NCBI GenBank assembly: GCA_964016885.1
Contig: OZ024742.1
Span: 261,082,001-261,146,000, forward strand
Source: Eledone cirrhosa
Taxonomy: Eukaryota
Reading direction: 5' to 3'
Length of the DNA: 64,000 nucleotides
Under the pieces are notes generated by a model. The model saw only the letters and a list, made by a program, of their open reading frames with translations. It was not told the DNA's origin and did no database searches. Every line of letters starts with the position of its first letter. Positions within the stretch are counted from its first letter, which is position 1. Below, in pieces: positions 55,653 through 64,000 of the stretch. Position numbers and translations under genes: made by a program.

Positions 55653-58600
55653 CTAGCAGTTTAGCCTGGCATTGCTCGGGTTTGTTCATTTGCTATGAAA
55701 AGTTACATACAGGTAAACGTGGCTTGAAAGTGAATAAGCTTATCAATTAAGTGCATAAAGCAATTGAACCGGTTATTAAAAGTTACGAACCAATTAGCAT
55801 TTTGGACAATCAATGATGGGTTAATAATCTTCCAATAGCGAATTTAGCAGATCAAAGTTGCAAGATGGTGGCCCTGATGCCACTGGGTTCAGATCTGTCC
55901 GCCATGGGTGACCCTACCAGGAAATAGTTTTCCAGACGGCATAGCTCCAACACCTCCAACACCTGCATCAACATTTATAGCACCTCTTTGTAGACGATAT
56001 TGCGTGTCATCCCTTGAGGAATGTAAGCAAAAAGTCCATTCCTGCTTTCCTACGCGGGAATAGGCAACATAAAGTTGGCCATGGGAGAAGCATGGCTCCC
56101 CCAAATGGATGCCCGCCACTGACAATCTTTGCCCTTGTAACTTGTTAATGGACATGGCAAAATATGGTCTCACCGGGAATTTGGATCGCCTGAAATCGAA
56201 CGGGATATCTGACGCCAAGGGGAAAAGGTTCATCCTTTGAATGAAAACATTCTCCCCTCTCCCGCACCCTGTTACAATGGTGGCCTCAATCAAGTGGGGT
56301 GCCAGTGACTTGACGACCATGCGAGTACCGTTGCACTGCTTTGGAGGACGCAAGTTCCTTATTAGCATAATGGGACAGCCAACTCTAAGCTTAAGAATGT
56401 GAGGTGGAAGCCCTGGAGGCTCAAGGGAATTTAATAACTCAACCGGATAATTAACGATATCGTCGGGGTCTGACGTCCGGTCGATAGATTTGAAGATGTG
56501 CTCTTTACCGGGAATCTTCTCAATCAGCTGCTCGTTAATAAAATTAACCATGGCATTTTTCGGAGCAAGGATGGCTCTTTCGCTGAGCCAATCAAGGTTT
56601 TTAAAGTTAGATGAGACATCAGGAAAAACTGCTTCCCAAAGGTCAGAAGGGCTGCTCACAATGTTGCACAGGGAGTCGATTGCTATGTCGCCCTTGTCAT
56701 CCGCAGGGACCTTGCCCTCACCAAGTGCTAAAATGTTCTGAGCAAATGCTGCAGACATGTTTCTCACCATGCAAATGAGCACGCATATTTGTGCTCAGGT
56801 ACAAACTCTTCACCTGGGGCCACAACGTGGACAACTTCAGGCACACACGCACTTCATCAGCTCTTGTCCCTTTGGGGATGACAGGCAGCATTTGCCGAAA
56901 ATCCCCTGATAGCAGAGGGGTTACGCCACCCATAGGAGACGTAGAATCCCTAATGTCTTTCAGGCTCCTGTCCAATGCCTCAAGGGCACCTTTGTGTGCC
57001 ATTGTGCACTCATCCCAAACAATGAGGCAACATCTTTTGAGAACCAGAGCTTCGTGTGAGCTCTTGCTGATATTGCATGTTGGTGTCTCAGTTTTTACTA
57101 AATCCAAGGGGAGTTTAAAGGTTGAATGTGCTGTCCTGCCTCCCGGCAGCAAAGTAGCAGCGATCCCGGATGATGCAACGGCCAACACAATCTTTTTCTC
57201 CTGACGAATCTTAGCGAGAATCAATTTCGTTACAAAAGTTTTTCCGGTACCCCCAGGAGCATCGAGAAAGTAAATACCCCCAGTCTGATTTTGAACCGCG
57301 TCAATGATAGTTAAATAGGCCAACCTTTGGTCCGACAGAAGTTTGGGCTCATTTTCCTCTAAGTATTGGGAAAGAGATTCGATGTCATATTCTGTTTCCC
57401 GCAACAAATCCGGGGCCAACGTGTTAGCTTCCTCTCTGACAGTTGACGGCAAGCCATACGTCGCTAACTCACTCCCACCCATGTCGAGGAGGGCTTCCTC
57501 GATATCAATGAGTGCCCTGTTGTAGATAATGTCGCTGTAACCAACTTCCATTGAAGGATACTGCAGATGAGCCAGGCGCAGGAAGTCCTCAGACATGAAA
57601 GTCTCTGTACTTAACCCATAAAGATTTGGGATCACCCAATTCACACTTTTGAAGCAAAATGGCAAAGAGTTCCCGTAGACTCTTAGGTGATTTCAACAAT
57701 GCATCCTCTGCTAAAGTGGAATCCCATTGCGAATCATCTTCCAAAAGACCACGTTTCCCGGTACGTATCACATATTTCTCCATCAACAGTTTTGAGGTCC
57801 TGAAAACTTTGTGGGCCTACAACTTCATGCAGAAGAAGGCGGAGATGAAAGCACTCATGCTGACTTGGGGGCACAGTGTAAACCCTTCCAAGACAACTGT
57901 CAAATTTTACACCAGGATGTCTTTCAACAGCTTGACCTGACTTTCTTCGCACCTAAGTGTTTTTCGACCATATAAAGTAGGATAGAACCTGGGGGTACAC
58001 AATTGTTTGCGCAAATGTATCGAACTGGCAAAGTTTGAAGAAACCCATCAGAGTGGTCTCTTTCGGATCGGCGGCGGTTTGGTCCATAAAGTAAACCTTT
58101 TGCCCCCAAAAAAACATTAACACACATTCACCTAATCAGTGTATTCGGCAGAATTGCCAGAAGTACAACATTATGGGTGTTGTCATATTAATATTTAACC
58201 AATTAAAGTCGTAAAAAAAAAAAATAATTTAAACATTCCGATTTATATGTCTATAGCATTAGTCTGTTATATGAAGTGTTATTTTGTGGGTTGTTATTTG
58301 CAATAAGCCGATTTAAAATGCCCCAGAAAAGCTGTATGTCAATATGGAATGCCAATGACTCCCGCAGCAGTTAAATTATAGAGAGGGGGAATAATCTATT
58401 ATAAAGAGATGAAAGTGCGACGGAGAGAGTAAAGCTAAGAAACTATTGGGAGGTGTGTAAAGCAGTGTTGTCATATAGAGAGTGAAGAGCGACAGAGAGA
58501 GTAAAGCAGTTAAATTATAGAGAGGGAGAATGATCTATTATAGAGAGAAGGAAGAGCGACGGAGAGAGTAAAGCTAAGAAACTATAGGAAGGTGTGCCGT

Positions 58601-59020
58601 ATGTCAATACGGAACGCCAATGACTCCGCAGCAATTAAATTATAGAGAGGGGGGAATAATCTATTATAGAGAAAGGGAAGAGCGATGGAGAGAGTAAAGC
58701 TAAGAAACTATAGGGAGGTGTGTAAAACAGTGTTGTCATATAGAGAGTGAAGAGCGACAGAGAGAGGGGGAATAATCTATTATAGAGAGTGGGAAGAGCG
58801 ACGGAGAGAGTAAAGCTAAGAAACTATAGGGAGGTGTGTTAAACCTCAAAACATGCTTGATTTTTACCCTTATTGTTGATTGATTTGAAATTTGTTTGCT
58901 TCATGACCTTTTCCTGACCAAAAGCAATAATTGTCCCAACTTTGAATAGAATCCGTTAGAAATTGTGGACGTGCATACGTTACAAACCTTAACACACACA
59001 TCCTCAGCTTTATGTGTATA
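55653..59020 (-). mobile_element. Helitron with frameshifted RepHel C-terminal half (Pif1 helicase)
   Basis: DAPGGTGKT, ASSGIAA..GGRTAHS, WDECTM, GDFRQ, NMRA, AILAPKN, IRNL..CNGTR, FAMSINK.QG, HGQLYVA.SRV; 3' CCCGAGCAATGCCAGG hairpin plus CTAG|T; internal tandem repeats at 58330-58840; 5' end blurred in (TA)n. Confidence 0.92.
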
Positions 59021-59062
59021 TATATATATATATATGTGTGTGTGTATCTATGTGTATATATA

Positions 59063-60950
59063 TCATCATCATCATCTTCGTTTAATGTCCATTTTCCACG
59101 CTAGCATGGGTTAGACGGGAGTTGTCCCACTTGAGGCAAGGCTGGTCGGGTGACCGTGTCTCGCCCATATAGGACTATCTGGCAGGTTTTCTACGGCTGG
59201 ATGCCCTTCCTAACACCAATCACATTTACAGTGTGGAACTGGGAGCTTTTTACCGTGTTACTTACACGGCCACATTACAGCGTGGACTGTGTGTGTTTTT
59301 TGTTGTGACACCTACACGATCTCGATCTCATTTTCTCGTGCTGTTGGTGGGAGTGGGAGGATAGGGTAGGGGTAGTGGGTTGGGGTGTATATTTGGTTAA
59401 GAGGTGCCTACTGACTGTAGGTTTCGCTTTGTACATAGGCAAGGTGGGTCTTCTGTATTACTGCGTAGCGCCAAAAATCTCGGTCCAGAGACATTGTCTT
59501 AGAGAGATGTAAGTGTGTGAGGTCGGAATTTATCAGATCATCCCAGGTTTTTCTGAGTCTACCTACTCCGTAACTAACATCAATTTTGATCGCCCTGCAC
59601 TTTTTTATGCAGCTGTCGTCTTTCATGCGCATCACGTGACCGTACCAACGTAGTCTTCTCTCAACTAAACAGCATCTGATCCTTGATGAACGCCAACTTT
59701 TACACTAAATTCTTCACAATATTCATTGTTAATTCTAACCTTACTGACTGTTTCATTATACATAGCTTGTATAGCTCTCACAAGCCATTCATCTACACCT
59801 AGTTTTCTAAGAGCCCACCAGATAATGGAGCGGGGGACTCTGTCAAAAGCTTTCTCCAGGTCTACAAAAGCTAAGTAGAGGGGTTTACTTTTAGCTAGGT
59901 ACTTCTCTTGTAGTTGTCGTACAATGAAAAGAGCGTCTGTGGTACTTTTACCTGACACAAACCCAAACTGCATTTCATCTAGATCAATTCACTCTCTGAT
60001 TAGTTGCGCTATAACTCTTTCTGTAACCTTCATGACCTGGTCAACTAACTTAGAGCATCTCCTTTACCCTTGTAGCAGTTAATGATGATGCTGCTACGCT
60101 AGTCTTTCGGTATGACCCCATTCTGTATTACTTGGTTAACTATACGGTTGTCCTACCATACCAGATACCTTCAACATCTCAGCAACTATCCCCGAAGGCC
60201 CAGCTGCCTTGCCTGTCTTCATATCTTTGATTGCCTTACTTATTATACTACCTTTAACTTGCACCGCTGGTCCTTCTATTTGATCGATTTGGGGCAGATT
60301 ATCTTTTTTCCATTTATTCTCCTCATTTAATAGACTCTTGTAGTGACACTTCCAGGCTATCTTCTTATCAGTATCAGTGAGCGCAATTACACCATTATCA
60401 TTACGGACACACTTCTCCCCGACAATATCACGGTTTTCCATGACACATTGTCTAGCAGTCCTGAAGACCTCACGTTTTTGGTCCTCACGTTGAAAAACAT
60501 GCTTGAACTTTCTATCCCCTGCTACCCTTTTTGCAAGGTACACTTGTCTCCTAGCTTCTCTTCTGGCCACTTGATAGTGCTCTCTACTTCCCCTATCCTG
60601 CCATGCTTTCCAAGCCTGCTTTTTGGCCTTGATTGTCTCTTCCACTTTACTGTTCCACCACCAAGTTACTCTCCTCCTGCCAATAGGTCTGCTCCAGCCA
60701 CAGATTTCATCCGTTGCTTTCAGCAGGTTCACTTTCAAGAATTGCCACTGTTCCTCTATATTGCACATCTCTAATTGCTCTTCCTTATTGTCATAGGTAT
60801 CAAGTAATAAGCTTTTAAATTTGTCACTGGCTATGGGGTCCTTCAACTTCCATATTCTTCTCCTCAAAGTAGGCCTTATCTGTCATCGAGTACGTCTATT
60901 CCTGACTATGAGGTCACTAACTACTAGGCTATGTTGGAAGGTGCATCATC
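59063..60950 (-). mobile_element. RTE LINE family B, 5'-truncated, with a ~0.8-kb internal deletion
   Basis: ORFs 60136..60867, 59665..59973, 59408..59635; deletion junction near 59680 with CTGAT microhomology. Confidence 0.92.
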
Positions 60951-60980
60951 GCTCATGTCTATACCCAGGTCTCGTATCGA

Positions 60981-63100
60981 TCATCATCATCATCATCATC
61001 GTTTAACGTCCACATTCCACGCTTGCATGGGTTTGGACGGGAATTTTCCCACTTGAGGCAAGAGTGGTTGTCTTGCTCGCATAGGACTGTCTGGCGGGTT
61101 TTCTACGGCTGGATGCCCTTCCTAACACCAACCACATTTACAGTGTGGAACTGGGTGGTTTTTACCTGTTACCTACACGGCCACATTACAGCGTGGACTG
61201 TGTTTTTTTGTTGTGACACCTACACGACCTCATTTGTTTCGGGCTGGATGTTGTGGTACCAACATAACTTTACATTGAAAGGGGTGGTGGGGGTAGTGGG
61301 ATGGGGGTGTATTTTGTTAGAGGTGCCTACTGACTGTAGTAGGTTTCACTTTGTACTTAGGTAAGGCGGGTCTTCTCTATTACTGTGTAGCGCCAAAGGT
61401 CTCGGTCCAGTGACATTGTCTTGGAGAGGTGTAAGTGTGTGAGGTCGGAATTTATCAAGTCGTCCCATGTTTTTCTGGGTCTGCCTACTCCGTGGCTACC
61501 GTCTATTTTTATTGCCCTGCACTTTTTTATACAGCTGTCGTCTTTCATGCGCATCACGTGACCATACCAACGTAGTCTTCTCTCGAGTAAACAACATCTG
61601 ATCCCTCTTATTTCTAATTTTTCCCTTAGTTCATTTATGCTTTGCCGTTCACGTATATTACACATCCAGCGGAGCATGCAAGCTTCGTTCCTCTCCAGTC
61701 TGCGTATATCCTCTGCACACAATGCCCAGGTCTCACTGCCATGCAACATTGCTGTTCGTATGCAGGCATCATACAGCCTGCCTTTCATTTTTACGGAGAA
61801 CCCTTTAGCGGCTAATAGTGCTATAAGCTCTCTGAACTTTTTCCATCCAGTTCTGACTCTAGTTACTGTACTTTCAGAGCACCCTCCCCTACTGCTGATT
61901 TTGTCACCCAGGTAACGGAAGCTGTCCACTATTTCTATAGAACCATCTGTGCAATGGAGTGAGCTAGTATTCTGTGGGCACTTGCTGCTAATTATTGCAC
62001 CAGAGCACTGGCCACATATAAAATCTATGTTCTTAGTTAGCTTACCTGTGATCCCACTACATCTTTTATGCACCCATACTTTGCATTTGGGACATAAAAT
62101 GGAGTTTCTACCTACTCCATTCCTACACACTGAGCATGGCCATTTCCCGGATGGGACCGGCGCCCTATTTTCCTTCCTACAAACTAGAACTTTAATCTTA
62201 GACAGGTTAATTTTAAGGCCTTTTGATTCTAGGCCATGCTTCCATGTTTGGAGTTTCTTCTCTAGTTCGGCCATTGATTCAGCTATGAGCGTTAGATCAT
62301 CTGCGTATAGGAGTTCCCATGGGCAGCCAGTCTTGAACTCCACTGTTATAGCCTGAAGGGCAATAATAAATAGTAGGGGGCTAAGAACGGAGCCCTGATG
62401 AACACCAACTTTTACGCTAAACTCTTCACTATATTCGTTGTTAATTCTAACCTTGCTGACTGTTTCTTTATACATGGCTTGTATAGCTCTCACAAGCCAT
62501 TCATCAACACCTAGTTTTCTAAGAGCCCACCAGATAATGGAACGGGGGACTCTGTCGAAGGCTTTCTCCAAGTCGACAAAAGCTAAGTATAGGGGTTTAC
62601 TTTTAGCTAGGTACTTCTCCTACAGTTGTCGTACAATGAAAAGAGCGTCTGTGGTACTTTTACCTGACACAAACCCGAACTGCATTTCATCTAGATCAAT
62701 TGTCTCTCTGATTAGTTGCGCTATTACTTTTTCTGTGACCTTCATGACCTGGTCGATTAATTTAATGCCTCTATAGTTACTCCTATCTATGGCATCTCCT
62801 TTACCCTTGTAGCAGTTAATGATGATGCTGCTACGCCAGTCCTTCGGAACAACCCCATTCTGTATGACTTGGTTTACTATCCGGGTGATCATGGTGTGTC
62901 CCACCGTTCCAGAAGCTTTCAGCATTTCAGCAACTATTTCCGAAGGCCCAGCCGCCTTACCCATCTTCATATCTTTGATTGCCTTACTTATTATACTACC
63001 TTCGACTAACACTGCTGGTCCCTCTATTGGGTCGATGTGGGGGAGGCTGTCTTTCTCCCATTTACTCTCCTCATTTAGTAGCCTTTCGTAGTGACACTTT
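60981..63100 (-). mobile_element. RTE LINE family B, 5'-truncated, RT plus PHD with one internal stop
   Basis: ORFs 62620..63012 and 61357..62571 (YADD, PHD, FRYLG); ~375-bp 3' unit and (GAT)n tail. Confidence 0.95.
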
Positions 63101-63700
63101 CTAATACTTGCTTATATTTCTTTATATATTCTCTATATATTTTTTTTATTTATATATATATATTTTTTTATCTTTATTCTTATTTTCACTTTTATCCTCC
63201 TTTATATTTTACCTTATTCTTACTTTTATATCTTATTATAGTGTAATCTTCCCCATGCCTTATTATACATTATTAATTATAGATTATTACTCTTTTTCCA
63301 TTTCTAATTACCTCATGTACTTTCTCCCCCGTTATATATATATTGTATGCCCTTTGTGTGTGTGTAGCCTCTGCACACCCTCTGCACCCTACTATCGACG
63401 CCACCCTATCTATGGCTCAACTAACCACTCGACTCCCGGGAATGAATATGACCACAGCTAGTAAACAAGGACCCACACCCCACCCTCCCGCACCAAAATT
63501 AGACTTATCGTCCCCTGCTTTTGCTCTTTACTCTCTTTACTCTTTTTTCTTGAATGTTTGGTTGGTAGAGTCCATAACACCAATCAAACCCCTTTTATAG
63601 CTCTGACGAATCTTATGGTTACGTAAGGAAGAAATATTGTAAGCCAATAAAAATCTTTTGATGTTGTAGACGCTCTTGTGTTCTTTATCATATATACGGC
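63100..63700 (+). mobile_element. Probable Penelope-like 3' end with hammerhead-like motif
   Basis: T-rich UTR, GCT-CTGACGA-stem-GAAA-TATTGTA-AGC at 63600-63644, AATAAA, TA tail; no coding evidence. Confidence 0.4.
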
Positions 63701-63787
63701 TCTGCTCCAAAGCATAGAGCTAATTATTATGCTGCCAATACCTTAATGGGACACGGGTATACAATACCTAACTCCTATTAACCTAAG

Positions 63788-63815
63788 TATATATATGTAT
63801 ATATATGTATATATG

Positions 63816-63898
<83 letters not shown>

Positions 63899-63923
63899 GT
63901 ATATATATGTATATATATATATG

Positions 63924-63954
<31 letters not shown>

Positions 63955-64000
63955 GTATATATATATATGTATATATATATATATGTATATATATATATGT
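63788..64000. repeat. (TA)n/(TATG) compound microsatellite
   Basis: Seen directly. Confidence 0.97.

Noticed and set aside
55889-57665. Host PIF1 helicase gene
   Set aside because: Intronless, frameshifted and bounded by a Helitron 3' hairpin and CTAG terminus

Overview
Eukaryotic, AT-rich, repeat-dense genomic DNA, most likely from a coleoid cephalopod (Octopus-like Nin-domain and CORE SINEs, (GAT)n-tailed RTE LINEs; the species call is an inference). The window holds one long + strand gene that the ORF track does not show as a unit. By reading splice sites I reconstructed 15 phase-consistent GT-AG exons (101..54828, 2271 nt, 757 codons, no stop reached) encoding a transmembrane channel-like protein closest to TMC7 (CWETYVGQQ signature); the last exon appears to lie beyond the window. 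The introns are filled with transposons: at least three RTE LINE families (one copy a single nonsense codon away from intact), CRE, R4/Dong and Tx1 LINE fragments, Penelope-like remnants with degenerate hammerhead motifs, three Helitrons, TTAA- and TA-flanked MITEs, SINEs, minisatellites and a 182-bp near-perfect foldback. The most unusual observations are a C4HC3 PHD finger inserted inside the RT domain of the RTE proteins, an RTE family whose 3' end carries a copy of an RTE 5'-UTR module, tandem 89-bp monomers in an RTE 5' UTR, an acidic insertion in the TMC domain, and long intronic dsRNA-forming structures. Repeat boundaries are approximate unless termini are quoted.
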